A stretch of DNA of 64,000 bases from Candidatus Kapaibacterium sp. (GCA_015490805.1 WFXC01000017.1:1073-65072), one strand, 5' to 3'; shown: positions 36,940 through 47,715, counted from the first letter of the stretch. Notes: a model not told the origin generated them from the letters alone. Translations and numbers: made by a program.

Positions 36940-37935
36940 ATGCGCACACAGGCAACGTTATCTCCAGTTCAATGGTTGATTGCTTTTGTGATTGCCGTCG
37001 GTATCTGGGCGTACGTTGCCCTCCACGGTGAGTATACGCTCACGCTTTCTGTCCCTATCACCTATACCCTCCCTTCTGATTTTGTCTTTGCAACCCGAGT
37101 ACCGGACACCTTAGCCGTCAACGTCCGTGGTAGCGGATTCGAACTTATCAATTTCCTGATCAATCCTCCATCGGCACTCCACTTATCCTTTGCAGGACTG
37201 AAACGGGATACCGTTCTCACTTTTGCCCCTTCGCAAATTGCTCGCCTGCTTCCCCTTCGTCGTAGTGTTGACATTTTGAACATTTTCCCCGCCTCCCTAC
37301 AACTCCACATTGGCAAAGCAACGACCAAGAAAGTTCCCCTTGACATTCCCATTACAGTTACGCCCGAAGACCAATATATTTTGGCAGCCGATCCAAAGGT
37401 TTCCCCCGACTCGGTCATTATCCGTGGTCACCCAGCTGTACTGGACACCGTCACTGTCTGGCGTCTTCCACCCGTCCATTTCTCCGGACTTGCAGAACCT
37501 GTTTCCATCACGTTGCCCCTCAGCACCGCTCCACCGTACTACCTGTCCGTTTCACCGGCAACTGCACGGATTGCGCTCGATATCCAGCTTCTGGCAGAAT
37601 ACTCCCTGTGGGATCTTCCGGTGTCAACGCCCGGCGTTCCTCAGGGACAATACCATATCCGTCCCCGCCTGGTGCAACTGACCATCCGTGGCGGAATTCA
37701 CTTCATTGAAAAATTCCTTCGTACCCCTTTAGCTGTTCAAATAACGCTTCCGCTACAGAGAGTGCTCTCCCGACACATCGGAATGTTGCAACCCAAGATT
37801 TATCTTCCTCCCCATATTCAGCCTCTCTCTGTTTCCCCACGACTGCTCCAGACGATCCGGCGTGTCCCTCCATCACCAGAGCTTCTCCTGTCCCCGCGTC
37901 CTTTCTACCCCGCTTTCCTGCAATCGCCACAATAG
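36940..37935 (+). CDS. YbbR-like domain membrane-anchored protein (tentative)
   Basis: The protein has an N-terminal TM (WLIAFVIAVGIWAYV). Repeated beta-rich segments follow, with patterns such as VPDTLAVNVRGSG and VSPDSVIIRGHPAVLDTV, as seen in YbbR/CdaR repeats. The 3' end overlaps convergent queA by 63 nt. Confidence 0.45.
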   Translation: MRTQATLSPVQWLIAFVIAVGIWAYVALHGEYTLTLSVPITYTLPSDFVFATRVPDTLAVNVRGSGFELINFLINPPSALHLSFAGLKRDTVLTFAPSQIARLLPLRRSVDILNIFPASLQLHIGKATTKKVPLDIPITVTPEDQYILAADPKVSPDSVIIRGHPAVLDTVTVWRLPPVHFSGLAEPVSITLPLSTAPPYYLSVSPATARIALDIQLLAEYSLWDLPVSTPGVPQGQYHIRPRLVQLTIRGGIHFIEKFLRTPLAVQITLPLQRVLSRHIGMLQPKIYLPPHIQPLSVSPRLLQTIRRVPPSPELLLSPRPFYPAFLQSPQ

Positions 37936-39159
37936 CGAACTATCGCCGTAACTCAGGAATCGGTATTGCCGCTGGAGCGCTTCCTGATAGATAGTTCGCC
38001 AGAATGGACCAACAAAAGCAGCGACTAAGAGCAACAAAGTGCTTCGTGGCTGATGGAAATTCGTTACCAATCCCTGGACAAAACGAAATCGGTATCCGGG
38101 GAGCACAAACAATTGCGTCTGAAAGTGCAACGTTGTCTGGTTTCGGTTTTGCAAATATGCCACGATCGCTGCCAGTGCCTCCTGTGGATCGACTGTCGAC
38201 GGAACGTCATACGGCAACTGCTGGGGAACCATCAAGGATTCGGTCGTCAGCGAATCATCGAAAAGCAACGTTCCAATCCAGTACAGAGACTCCAGCAGGC
38301 GCAACGTTGTCGTTCCCACTGCAATGATGGGACGATGGCTCCGCAATGCCTGCCGCAGTTGCTCCAGGGTCTGGATCGATATCGCCCCCTGTTCCCGGTG
38401 CATCTGGTGCTCAGTTACTCGCTCCGATCGAATCGGTAAAAATGTACCAGCACCGACGTGGAGCACCACATCCGCTATTGCCACGCCTTTTTGTTGCAAT
38501 CGCTGCAACACTCGCCGGGTAAAGTGAAGTCCTGCGGTGGGAGCTGCTACTGATCCTGCTGCTGTCGCGTAAACCGTCTGATACCGCTGCCGATCCAGCG
38601 GTTGATCTTCCCGTCGCAGATAGGGCGGAATAGGCATATGCCCTGCCCGCTGCAAAATTTCTCCAAACTTTAGAGGTGCTTCCCACTGAAATTCCACCGT
38701 CGCTTCTCTCCCGCTGCGCTCCAGCACTCGTGCCTCCACCGCAACAGGATCGTCCATCCGCAATACACTGCCAGCAACAATATGCTTACCTCGAACCAGG
38801 CACCGCCATCGACTCCGACGCACCGTGGACAGTGCCACCGAAGGATCAATACTACTGGTGGACAACGGCTCCAGACAGAAAATTTCCACCTTTCCGCCGG
38901 TAGGTTTATGAAAGAAAAGCCGTGCAGGAATAACTCTGCTGACATTGCGTACCAATAAAGCACCTGCTGGGATATAACGATCTATGTATCGAAACCGATC
39001 GTGGATGATTTGCTGGCTATTGGGATCGGCGACCAACAATTTGCTGGCATCTCGCTGCTTAAGTGGAAACCGCGCAATTGCTGTTTCTGGTAATGGATAA
39101 TCAAATGCCGCGAGATCAATCTTGTACGTTGTCACTCCCGATCTTGGTATCTGCTGCAT
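37873..39159 (-). CDS. queA: S-adenosylmethionine:tRNA ribosyltransferase-isomerase
   Basis: The N-terminus is FDYPLPETAIARFPLKQRDASKLLV. The motifs PIPPYLRR, TAGLHFT and TVGTTTLR are QueA signatures. At 428 aa it is longer than the roughly 350 aa I recall as typical. Confidence 0.85.
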   Translation of the reverse strand: MQQIPRSGVTTYKIDLAAFDYPLPETAIARFPLKQRDASKLLVADPNSQQIIHDRFRYIDRYIPAGALLVRNVSRVIPARLFFHKPTGGKVEIFCLEPLSTSSIDPSVALSTVRRSRWRCLVRGKHIVAGSVLRMDDPVAVEARVLERSGREATVEFQWEAPLKFGEILQRAGHMPIPPYLRREDQPLDRQRYQTVYATAAGSVAAPTAGLHFTRRVLQRLQQKGVAIADVVLHVGAGTFLPIRSERVTEHQMHREQGAISIQTLEQLRQALRSHRPIIAVGTTTLRLLESLYWIGTLLFDDSLTTESLMVPQQLPYDVPSTVDPQEALAAIVAYLQNRNQTTLHFQTQLFVLPGYRFRFVQGLVTNFHQPRSTLLLLVAAFVGPFWRTIYQEALQRQYRFLSYGDSSLLWRLQESGVERTRGQEKLW

Positions 39160-39376
39160 CTTGCCACTTGCTTACCTGCAATTGCTTTGCTTCCCAACAG
39201 AACAAAACCAACGCTCCCTATCTGGTATTGCACCTATCGAAGCCAGCCCACTGAAAACAGAAAACGTCCCATAGAAAATGGAATTGTCTCAATTTTTCTC
39301 CCCGTCTCTGCGTTTACCCCCTTGTATTTTCCGCTTTTGTTGTATAATTGTAGCTTTACATCGGCGAAAAGGCCCC

Positions 39377-40021
39377 ATGAACAAAAGGCAGGAACAATCA
39401 ATGGAAACAACCGATGGACGCAGGGCCCATACGGCGCCGCTTGTGTTAGTGCTCTTTGGTGCTCCGGGAGTCGGCAAGGGAACCCAAGCACAAATCTTGG
39501 CAGAGAAGCTTGGTATCGCTCATCTTTCTACCGGCGATGCTTTTCGTAAAGCTATTGCTGCCCAAACCGAAGTTGGTAAACAGGTACAGCGTTATGTGGA
39601 GTCTGGAGCATTGGTACCCGATGAACTGGTCTCGCAAACTGTTGCAGAAGAACTCCAGAAACCACAATACCGATCGGGCGTTGTGCTGGATGGCTTTCCT
39701 CGGACAATTGCACAAGCTCAAGCGTTGGAAAAAATGCTGAGAAATTTGGGAATGTCGTTAACCGCAGTCATCAACTTAGTAGTCCCTGAAGAAGTCATTA
39801 TCGACCGTCTGGTCAAGCGGGGACGCAAAGATGATCAGCCAGAGATTATCCGGCATCGACTGGAGATTTATCATAAAGAGACAGCACCTTTGCTCCACTA
39901 CTATCAGACACATTCCACTATACCAGTTATCACTATTGACGGCAACGCAGATATTGACACAGTCAATCAACGAATTTTAAGTGCCATAAAATCAAGGATC
40001 CACTCCGATGCGCAACAGTAA
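39377..40021 (+). CDS. adk: adenylate kinase
   Basis: The P-loop is LFGAPGVGKGTQA, followed by LSTGDAFR and GFPRTIAQA. There is no Zn-finger lid (short lid). The start is ambiguous (ATG 39377 or 39401); the track start is 39278. Confidence 0.9.
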   Translation: MNKRQEQSMETTDGRRAHTAPLVLVLFGAPGVGKGTQAQILAEKLGIAHLSTGDAFRKAIAAQTEVGKQVQRYVESGALVPDELVSQTVAEELQKPQYRSGVVLDGFPRTIAQAQALEKMLRNLGMSLTAVINLVVPEEVIIDRLVKRGRKDDQPEIIRHRLEIYHKETAPLLHYYQTHSTIPVITIDGNADIDTVNQRILSAIKSRIHSDAQQ

Positions 40022-42986
40022 CCAATGGAGTTTTCCAATTGTTTTCTGGCTTGTCATTGCAAGCTTCGGATGGGCACAATACGATGCGATGCGATGGCCT
40101 ACATTTCCCTACGATCCTCAAGCCCAGTGGTACCAGACACAACCTTCGATCCGAAAACCGGTTGGCATCGCTCGCCTCTATCCTACAAAATATCCCCCAG
40201 AAGCGAAAACTTTCCGATCCACTATTTTATCGACCCTTACCCAGGACGGAATTCCATGGATCAATGTTTCTCCATACCAATACGACCAGTCAGAAACGTG
40301 GATTGCATATAATCCGGTTAATCCCCAGAATCTGATCGCTGGTGCAAATGACGGTCGTGGTATGGGCGGTCCCTACCATATGTTTGCTTTCTACTCCACC
40401 GATGGAGGACGTACCTGGCAGCAAGCACGGCTTCCGACCGTTGCAGGAGAATATATCGAGGTTCCATTCCACGCCACAAACTTCGATCCCTGCGTGGCTT
40501 TCAACACCAAAGGCTGGGCGTATTACTCTTTTGGATTCACCCAGATTTCTGCTCAACAAGGACAGTTCGAAGACAACGGCATCTTCATCTGTCGATCTAC
40601 CAATGGCGGTGCATCGTGGGAACTGCTGGAACCTGTTACGCTGAATATTGAGTCAGGACCATTCGACGATAAGTATCTGATGACAATCGATACTTCCCCC
40701 GATTCTCCCTATCGGGATAACATTTACATTGTGTGGACCCGCTTCGGAGGTGGTCAAAGTGGTATTTACTTTGCCCGATCAACCGATGACGGTAATAGCT
40801 GGTCTGTACCTCAACGCCTCAATGCTTCCGGCAGTTTCCAATCCGCTTTTCCAGTGGTCGCACCTGATGGACGTATCTATGTGTTTTGGCGCAGCCAGAC
40901 ATCTTTAGGACAAACCCACGCGATGTTGCGGGTCTCGACCGATGGAGGAGTAACCTGGGGCGCAAAACGCATTGCGCAAACGGTCTATACCACCGGACAG
41001 CGGCACAGCCAATCCAATCGCTACGTGCTACCGGACAAGCAAAATCTCCGAGTAAGCTCCTACCCTGCTGCTGCTGTTGATTTCTCCAATAAGTTCCCCG
41101 GACGCATCTATGTCGTTCAATCAGGCAAACAGGAATTCGATGGTCCCGAAGGTATTTTCCTAAGTTATTCCGATGACGGAGGGAAAACCTGGGCACCTTC
41201 CATTCGCGTTGATAATAACACCATTGGCACTGATGTCTTCTTCCCCGCTATCGCGGTCGATCCTCAAACTGGCATTGTAGCGATACTGTACTACAGTTCA
41301 GAAAATGATCCCAACAACAAAGGTGTTGATGCAATTTTAGCTCTTTCTGAGGATGGAGGACAAACATTTCGGCATATCCGACTTACTCCTTATACTGCCT
41401 ATCTGGATGATCCTAATGATGTTTCCTTCCAAGGACAGGCAGGAAACTACTATTGGGGCGATTACACCAGCATTACTGCTCGAAAAGGAACTTTTTATCC
41501 CTGCTATTGGTTTCCTGATCCCAATGCCGACTACAACTACTACTCTTTGGATGTTTATACCAACATCGTTTCTATAGCCCCAAAGTCTGTATCAAACCTG
41601 GTAGCTCTTCCTTCCATTACCGAACCCAACAAGATTATGCTGCAATGGGAAGATCCAACGGAGAATCTCATCGGAAGCTCGCTGGATACCTTTACCGTCC
41701 ACATCTCTCGATATGATGGTATTACCAAAGAAGTTGTCCAACTGGCAACGATACCACCGGGCGTCGAACGGTATATTGATACCCAAGCAGTCAATGGACA
41801 TCCTTACAGCTACAACGTATGGGTTACCATCCCAGAAGGATTTCAAAGTGCCGTCGTTTCCGTTGATGTAACAGCCGGCGGGGCTCTGCAACCCTTTCCT
41901 CCCACAAATGTGGTTGCAAAGCCACACGACAATGGCGTCTTGCTGCAATGGGTCAATCCCCAATACCACATTGACAGCACGGAATTCTACGATTTTGCCC
42001 AGATTCGGATCTATCAATACGATCCGCAACAGGATTCCTCCTGGTTACTGGAAACTCTGGACGCTGCGCAACTCCAGTGGACGGCTGGAGAACCCGCTTC
42101 GATCGTGCTTGAGGTACCACTTGAACAATTCTACTGGTTTAAACTCTCGGCTGTTGGTAAGCGAGGCGATCAACTGACTGAAAGCTGGCTTACTCCTGCT
42201 GTCTTCTCTTATGCGGGTGCTCCTCTGACACAATTTGCTGAGAATTTCGACGGACCATCCTTAACTCCCTATTACACTAACGGGAACTGGGGATTAACCT
42301 CGATCAAAGCCTTTTCTCCGCCCAACTGCATTACGGATTCTCCTGATGGCAATTATGGTCGTCGAGAACGCTCGGAGCTCATCTTTGCTCCCTTCATCGT
42401 AACACCACCGAATACTACTTTGAGTTTTGCTCATATTTCTCTGATTGATCCAGCGGGAGATATGGGGATGGTCTATGTGTCGAATGACTTTGGACAATCA
42501 TGGATTCCACTGATGGGAACAGACCGTAATCGCGCCCCAGAGAAATTCGATAGCACGATTGCTGAAGCGCAATGGTTGGAAGAACATCGCGACCTCTCCG
42601 CTTTTGTGGGCGACACTCTCTACCTTCGTTTTATTCTGATCACCAATGCAATTCGAAATGACGATGGATGGTACATCGACGATATTCGCATTGATAATGC
42701 CACTACAGTCGCAGAAGTGCCTCAGCAGCCGCTGGGCGTCACTATTTCACCAAATCCGGTGTTGGAAGATCTAACGCTTTCCTTTCAGTTACTCCACCCC
42801 GAATTGGTTACCGTTGAAATCTCCGATGCACTGGGTCGACGTGTACTCACACGTTTACTGGGTACTCTACAGCGCGGCGCGCACTCTGTTAATTTATCGC
42901 TGCATGCTTTGAGCGCTGGCAGCTACTACCTTCACCTGCGAGCCGGTAACAATCTGACGACTTTGCCGATTATAAAAGTTCGGTAA
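40008..42986 (+). CDS. BNR/Asp-box repeat (sialidase-like beta-propeller) protein with T9SS C-terminal sorting domain
   Basis: 992 aa with a signal peptide. Six Asp-boxes are present: STDGGRTW, STNGGASW, STDDGNSW, STDGGVTW, SDDGGKTW and SEDGGQTF. The T9SS tail is VTVEISDALGRRVL...LSAGSYYLHLRAGNNLTTLPIIKVR. Confidence 0.8.
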   Translation: MRNSNQWSFPIVFWLVIASFGWAQYDAMRWPTFPYDPQAQWYQTQPSIRKPVGIARLYPTKYPPEAKTFRSTILSTLTQDGIPWINVSPYQYDQSETWIAYNPVNPQNLIAGANDGRGMGGPYHMFAFYSTDGGRTWQQARLPTVAGEYIEVPFHATNFDPCVAFNTKGWAYYSFGFTQISAQQGQFEDNGIFICRSTNGGASWELLEPVTLNIESGPFDDKYLMTIDTSPDSPYRDNIYIVWTRFGGGQSGIYFARSTDDGNSWSVPQRLNASGSFQSAFPVVAPDGRIYVFWRSQTSLGQTHAMLRVSTDGGVTWGAKRIAQTVYTTGQRHSQSNRYVLPDKQNLRVSSYPAAAVDFSNKFPGRIYVVQSGKQEFDGPEGIFLSYSDDGGKTWAPSIRVDNNTIGTDVFFPAIAVDPQTGIVAILYYSSENDPNNKGVDAILALSEDGGQTFRHIRLTPYTAYLDDPNDVSFQGQAGNYYWGDYTSITARKGTFYPCYWFPDPNADYNYYSLDVYTNIVSIAPKSVSNLVALPSITEPNKIMLQWEDPTENLIGSSLDTFTVHISRYDGITKEVVQLATIPPGVERYIDTQAVNGHPYSYNVWVTIPEGFQSAVVSVDVTAGGALQPFPPTNVVAKPHDNGVLLQWVNPQYHIDSTEFYDFAQIRIYQYDPQQDSSWLLETLDAAQLQWTAGEPASIVLEVPLEQFYWFKLSAVGKRGDQLTESWLTPAVFSYAGAPLTQFAENFDGPSLTPYYTNGNWGLTSIKAFSPPNCITDSPDGNYGRRERSELIFAPFIVTPPNTTLSFAHISLIDPAGDMGMVYVSNDFGQSWIPLMGTDRNRAPEKFDSTIAEAQWLEEHRDLSAFVGDTLYLRFILITNAIRNDDGWYIDDIRIDNATTVAEVPQQPLGVTISPNPVLEDLTLSFQLLHPELVTVEISDALGRRVLTRLLGTLQRGAHSVNLSLHALSAGSYYLHLRAGNNLTTLPIIKVR

Positions 42987-45460
42987 TGAAGTTTGTTAAA
43001 ATAACTGGAAAGAGTCCAATGCGACTTTTCTCTTTGTTGCAGCAACCTGCAATTTGGATAACAATTGCTCTCAGCATAAGCAGCTTTCGTCTTGGATTTA
43101 GCGAAACAACTGGAAAAACCATTGCTGCTTCGCGATTTCTGACCTCCAACAGTATCCTTCAATCACAAACCAAAGCCTGGCAATTTGATCCTTCTCGGTG
43201 GCAGATTGATGCTGCTAGCCCTTCGGTTACCATAGAAGGTTTTCCGACACCTGACCAATCGGCCGCTACGCTTTCTCTGCGTCCACACCGTAGTATCTTC
43301 GCTCCGGGACTCCAAATCCAGGTAGTAGGAACCGATGGTAAAATACGATCGATGCCGGCCCCATCGATGCAAGTATTGACTGGCTCCATAGTAGGAGATC
43401 CTCACTCAGATGTCCTGATGATCCAAACAGGCAATTGGCTCTTTACCCTGCTGGAAAGCTCTCGTTTTGGCACCTGGCTTTTCGCACCAACACCATCGGC
43501 TGGCAGTGCTATCCATTCCTACACGCCGTTTTCAATTCCGGCTGGAGATAAATTGCAATTTCGCTGTTATGTGCCTCCCACTAATCCGATGAAAGAACCA
43601 CTGCTAGATCCCACATCATTGGCATCAGTCGACTTCACAGACCTTTTCATCGTTCCCATCGCTATTGAAACGGACTCAGACTTTTATCGGCGAATGAATA
43701 AAGACACGCTCAAGATTGCTCGATATGTTGGAGCATTACTCCAGAGTGTCAGTCGGCTGTATGAAAAAGAAGTCAATGTGGCGCTACAAATCACGTGGAT
43801 GCAGATTTGGACTGAAGGCGCAGGAGAAGATCCATATACTGCTGATGGAAATGTTCCCCAACTTTTGCGACAACTAACGCAATACTGGAGAACTTATCGA
43901 TCGGATGTTGACCGTGCCATCACACATCTACTCACTGCTCGTCAAGGTGGCGGTGTCGGTGGCATTGCGTGGCGAGATCACCTCTGCGATCCTGAATGGA
44001 ACTTCAGCGTGAGTGCTGTCGACGGCAATGCCCGGTTTCCCGTTACTCGCTACGTATGGGACGTAATGGTTGTAGCTCATGAAATGGGACACAACTTTCG
44101 TGCGCGGCATACACACGACTGCTGGTGGAATCCGCCGTTGGATACGTGTGTTACAAAAGATGGAAGTCCTCCGGTGGCAGATGCGTGCTTCGATTCCCCT
44201 ATCAAACCGCGTCCTAGCGAAGGCAGCATCATGAGCTATTGCCATCTGATTAATTCTCAGGGCGTGCGCCTCTGGTTTTCTCCCCGCGTTGCAACCGTCC
44301 TTCGCCAAGCAGTCATAGAAAATGTTACCACCTGCCTGCAAACACCGCAGATGCCCTTTGTCTCGCTCATCGACCCAGTTGGGAATCAAACCGTTTCCAT
44401 CTTAGATCCCTTGCAGATCAACTGGACGGCTGCAAAAACAGCACAAGTTATTCTGGAATACGCAGACCATACAATGCAATCGTGGTATCCTATCGCAACC
44501 GTCAATGCGGACCAACGGCAGTATGAGTGGACTATACCCGAAACCCTATCTGACAGCGTGATTTATATCCGCATTGCTGCCAGTGCTATGCCGCAAATAG
44601 CAGATACCTCTGCTCCATTACAACTGCTTCGTCCCACTGTTCAATGGATATCCCTACTGGATAGTGCTGAACTAGCAATTGGTGATCCCTACACGCTTCT
44701 GTGGGACAGCCAATTACTGGATACCGTCAACATTGTATTTTCCGCTGATAGTATGTATAGCTGGGACACCATTGCTACGAATATTCCCAACAGTGGATAT
44801 TATCCGTGGTCTATTCCTGATGCTCCCACGAACACAGGATTTCTTCGCATTTATGATCCCCGCCACCCACAAGTTGCAGACACCAATCATTATCCTTTTC
44901 GCATTGGCATACCCTACCTTTCCATCTTAGAGCCCAATGCACAGACGATCTGGTTTGCTGGAACGCAAGATACTATTCGGTGGGATGCTGGCTTCCTTTC
45001 GCTTATTCGCATCGAGTTGAGTACCGATGATGGCAGTTCGTGGAAGCGACTGAAGCTGGGCGTCAAAGCACGACAAAAACGCTTCGTTGTGCAAGTCCCG
45101 AACACCCCAACAACACAAGCCCGGATCCGGCTCCGCAACAGTAAGCTATCGGTCATCAGCGATCGCTTCACCATCCAGGCGCAACCCACAAACGTGCCCA
45201 GCGATACCGGGGCTCAGTGGGTCCTTTCACCAAATCCAGTCAGTGAGCAACTGACACTAAGAATTCCCCGCGCCGGACAATACACGATCGAAGTTTTCAC
45301 CACTGCTGGACAACGAATATTCCGGCGCGCCGTCACCGTTACGCTTGCTGGATCATCTGTTCCGATTGATCTTGGTGAACTTACGCCCGGTGTGTACTTA
45401 CTGTACGTTTCCGCGCCGGAGATGACAATTCGTCAGTTTTTGTTTGTAGTCCAGCCATAA
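42986..45460 (+). CDS. metzincin-type zinc metalloprotease (reprolysin/M12B-like) with T9SS C-terminal sorting domain
   Basis: The zinc site is VVAHEMGHNFRARHTHD (HExxHxxxxxH). A signal peptide follows M12 (MRLFSLLQQPAIWITIALSIS). The T9SS tail is YTIEVFTTAGQRIF...LTPGVYLLYVSAPEMTIRQFLFVV. The start overlaps the upstream stop as TAATG; the alternative start is 43019. Confidence 0.75.
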   Translation: MKFVKITGKSPMRLFSLLQQPAIWITIALSISSFRLGFSETTGKTIAASRFLTSNSILQSQTKAWQFDPSRWQIDAASPSVTIEGFPTPDQSAATLSLRPHRSIFAPGLQIQVVGTDGKIRSMPAPSMQVLTGSIVGDPHSDVLMIQTGNWLFTLLESSRFGTWLFAPTPSAGSAIHSYTPFSIPAGDKLQFRCYVPPTNPMKEPLLDPTSLASVDFTDLFIVPIAIETDSDFYRRMNKDTLKIARYVGALLQSVSRLYEKEVNVALQITWMQIWTEGAGEDPYTADGNVPQLLRQLTQYWRTYRSDVDRAITHLLTARQGGGVGGIAWRDHLCDPEWNFSVSAVDGNARFPVTRYVWDVMVVAHEMGHNFRARHTHDCWWNPPLDTCVTKDGSPPVADACFDSPIKPRPSEGSIMSYCHLINSQGVRLWFSPRVATVLRQAVIENVTTCLQTPQMPFVSLIDPVGNQTVSILDPLQINWTAAKTAQVILEYADHTMQSWYPIATVNADQRQYEWTIPETLSDSVIYIRIAASAMPQIADTSAPLQLLRPTVQWISLLDSAELAIGDPYTLLWDSQLLDTVNIVFSADSMYSWDTIATNIPNSGYYPWSIPDAPTNTGFLRIYDPRHPQVADTNHYPFRIGIPYLSILEPNAQTIWFAGTQDTIRWDAGFLSLIRIELSTDDGSSWKRLKLGVKARQKRFVVQVPNTPTTQARIRLRNSKLSVISDRFTIQAQPTNVPSDTGAQWVLSPNPVSEQLTLRIPRAGQYTIEVFTTAGQRIFRRAVTVTLAGSSVPIDLGELTPGVYLLYVSAPEMTIRQFLFVVQP

Positions 45461-45469
45461 GCGCCGCTG

Positions 45470-46339
45470 ATGCAAGCCGATCGGGCAGCGCTTGTGGACA
45501 GATTACGGACCCGCATAACAGCACTTTTCGATGCTAAGGATGTGCCATCTTCACCGGAACCGGAAGTAGAATCGCTTCTTGCCGATTTTCTGGAAGCACT
45601 CAATCAGGGCATTATTCGCGCTGCAGAACCAGATGATCAAGGTAACTGGTATGTACATTCGTGGGTTAAAAAAGGCATCTTACTTTGCTTCCGCTACGGA
45701 GTACTCACAGACCGCACACCGCCACAGTCACCCTTCCACTTTTTCGACAAACACACGTTGCCGTTGCACCCCTTCTCCCTCCAAGACCGTGTCCGTATCG
45801 TTCCCGGCGGATCTGCGATTCGCTCCGGTGCCTATGTTGCACCCGGCGTTATCTGTATGCCGCCAATGTACATCAACATTGGGGCTTACGTGGATGAAGA
45901 AACGATGGTCGATTCTCACGTCCTGGTTGGCACCTGTGCCCAGATCGGGAAACGGGTGCATCTGAGTGCCGGTGTCCAGATTGGCGGGGTTTTAGAACCA
46001 CCAAACGCCCAGCCGGTCATCATCGAAGATGACGTCTTCATTGGAGCACTCTCCGGTATCTTCGAAGGGGTGCGCGTGCGCCGCCGAGCTGTGATCGCCT
46101 CCGGTGTTCTGCTAACCAATTCCACTCCGGTCTACGACGCGGTGCAGCAGCGGATTTTACGCAGCTCCGACCAGCAGCCGCTGGAAATCCCACCGAATGC
46201 CGTGGTCGTTGCCGGCTCGCGTCCGCTCCAGTCGCCTTTTGCCCGGGAACATCAGCTTGCTGTTTACACGTCAGTGATCGTCAAATATCGGGATGCCAAA
46301 ACAGATGCAAAAACAATATTGGAGCAAACGCTACGATAA
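45470..46339 (+). CDS. dapD: 2,3,4,5-tetrahydropyridine-2,6-dicarboxylate N-succinyltransferase
   Basis: The protein has hexapeptide-repeat left-handed beta-helix segments (RIVPGGSAIRSGAYVAPGVICMPP.., VGTCAQIGKRVHLSAGVQIGG..). Its N-terminal helical domain and 289-aa length are typical of short-form DapD. Confidence 0.8.
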   Translation: MQADRAALVDRLRTRITALFDAKDVPSSPEPEVESLLADFLEALNQGIIRAAEPDDQGNWYVHSWVKKGILLCFRYGVLTDRTPPQSPFHFFDKHTLPLHPFSLQDRVRIVPGGSAIRSGAYVAPGVICMPPMYINIGAYVDEETMVDSHVLVGTCAQIGKRVHLSAGVQIGGVLEPPNAQPVIIEDDVFIGALSGIFEGVRVRRRAVIASGVLLTNSTPVYDAVQQRILRSSDQQPLEIPPNAVVVAGSRPLQSPFAREHQLAVYTSVIVKYRDAKTDAKTILEQTLR

Positions 46340-47704
46340 ATGCGGATCGGCTTATCCACACTTGTCATCGTTCGTTTCATAATGCTCTGGTTTGGAATGG
46401 AAACAGTTGCAAGCGCCCAATCGCTGGATGTCCTTCGTGCCAATCTTGTCGATACAACACTCTCGAACGGACTTCGGGTTGTCCTGCTGCCCAGGCCACA
46501 GTCCTCGGCGGTCACCATTGTCGTTGCCTATCATGTTGGCTCCAAAGACGAGCCGGTTCATAACACGGGCTTTACGCATCTCTTTGAACACCTGATGTTC
46601 CAGGGTTCCGCCAATGTTCCACCCGGTAAGTTCGACTATTACTGCTCCCTGGCTGGTGGAGATAACAATGCGTACACCACCTATGACAAAACGGTATACT
46701 TTATGCTGCTACCGGCGGAACAACTCCGGCTGGGACTCTGGTTAGAGGCTGACCGGATGCGGGCACTGGAAATTACGCCGGAAAAACTGCAAACACAGAT
46801 CAATGTTGTACTGCAAGAGATCAAAGAAAACGTTGAGAATCGCCCGTTCGGCAAGTTTGGTGAAACCAGCGCGAAACTGGCGTATCGAGCTGGCTGCCCC
46901 TATAGCTGGGATCCCTACGGAGATCCGGAGCATATCCGCAACGCTTCTATGGAGGAAGTCCTGCGATTCCACGACACATTCTACGGTCCCAATAACGCCT
47001 GTCTGGTGATCACGGGCAACATTGCCCCCTCAGCGACGCTTCAGGAAGTAGAGCGATACTTTGGTGACATTCAACCCAAAGCGGAGCCAGAGCACCCCGA
47101 TTTTTCCCCGGAATGCCAACAGGTGAACCAATACACCCAGATTTATGACAACATTGCCACCGACGCCGTTTTTCTTCAATTCCATTGTCCTGGATTCCGG
47201 GATTCTACCCTCTACGCCGGCGAACTTCTGGCAACGATTTTAGCTGATGGCTTGAGCTCCCGTCTGGTCAAAACCCTGCGCTACGAACAACAACTGGTCT
47301 CCGAAGTTGGTGCCTATATTGATGACCGAGAATTGAGCTCGCTGTTTACCATCTATGCTATCGCGCGGGACACCACCACAACGGCTCAGCAATTAGTGGA
47401 TGCAATCTGGGAACAATTAGAGCATTTACTCCAGACGGGCATTGAAGAACGGGAACTGGTCAAAGCGAAGAATCAGCTTCGTACCGCTATTCTCTCCCGC
47501 TTCGAAAATCTCCACGCTATTGCCGAAATGCTTGCCCATTATGCGCTGTTTTTCAACGACCCGGCAAAATGCTTCGAGCTTCCATCCAGAATTCAAGGGA
47601 TTCAAAAAGCGGATGTCGAGCGCTTCGCTCGCACCGTTCTTCGCAAAGATCAACAAATCCGCATTGATTTTCTCCCCAAAACCCAAGCGGATGCTCATCA
47701 GTAA
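46340..47704 (+). CDS. M16 family zinc peptidase (insulinase/pitrilysin-like)
   Basis: The inverted zinc motif HxxEH is present in GFTHLFEHLMFQGS. An N-terminal signal-like segment is present. Length is 454 aa. Confidence 0.85.
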   Translation: MRIGLSTLVIVRFIMLWFGMETVASAQSLDVLRANLVDTTLSNGLRVVLLPRPQSSAVTIVVAYHVGSKDEPVHNTGFTHLFEHLMFQGSANVPPGKFDYYCSLAGGDNNAYTTYDKTVYFMLLPAEQLRLGLWLEADRMRALEITPEKLQTQINVVLQEIKENVENRPFGKFGETSAKLAYRAGCPYSWDPYGDPEHIRNASMEEVLRFHDTFYGPNNACLVITGNIAPSATLQEVERYFGDIQPKAEPEHPDFSPECQQVNQYTQIYDNIATDAVFLQFHCPGFRDSTLYAGELLATILADGLSSRLVKTLRYEQQLVSEVGAYIDDRELSSLFTIYAIARDTTTTAQQLVDAIWEQLEHLLQTGIEERELVKAKNQLRTAILSRFENLHAIAEMLAHYALFFNDPAKCFELPSRIQGIQKADVERFARTVLRKDQQIRIDFLPKTQADAHQ

Positions 47705-47715
47705 GTTAAGTAGCA

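Noticed and set aside
46352-46360. A perfect DnaA box, TTATCCACA.
   Set aside because: It is a single occurrence inside the first codons of the M16 peptidase gene. There is no cluster of boxes, no AT-rich unwinding element, and no dnaA or dnaN nearby. It is most likely chance.
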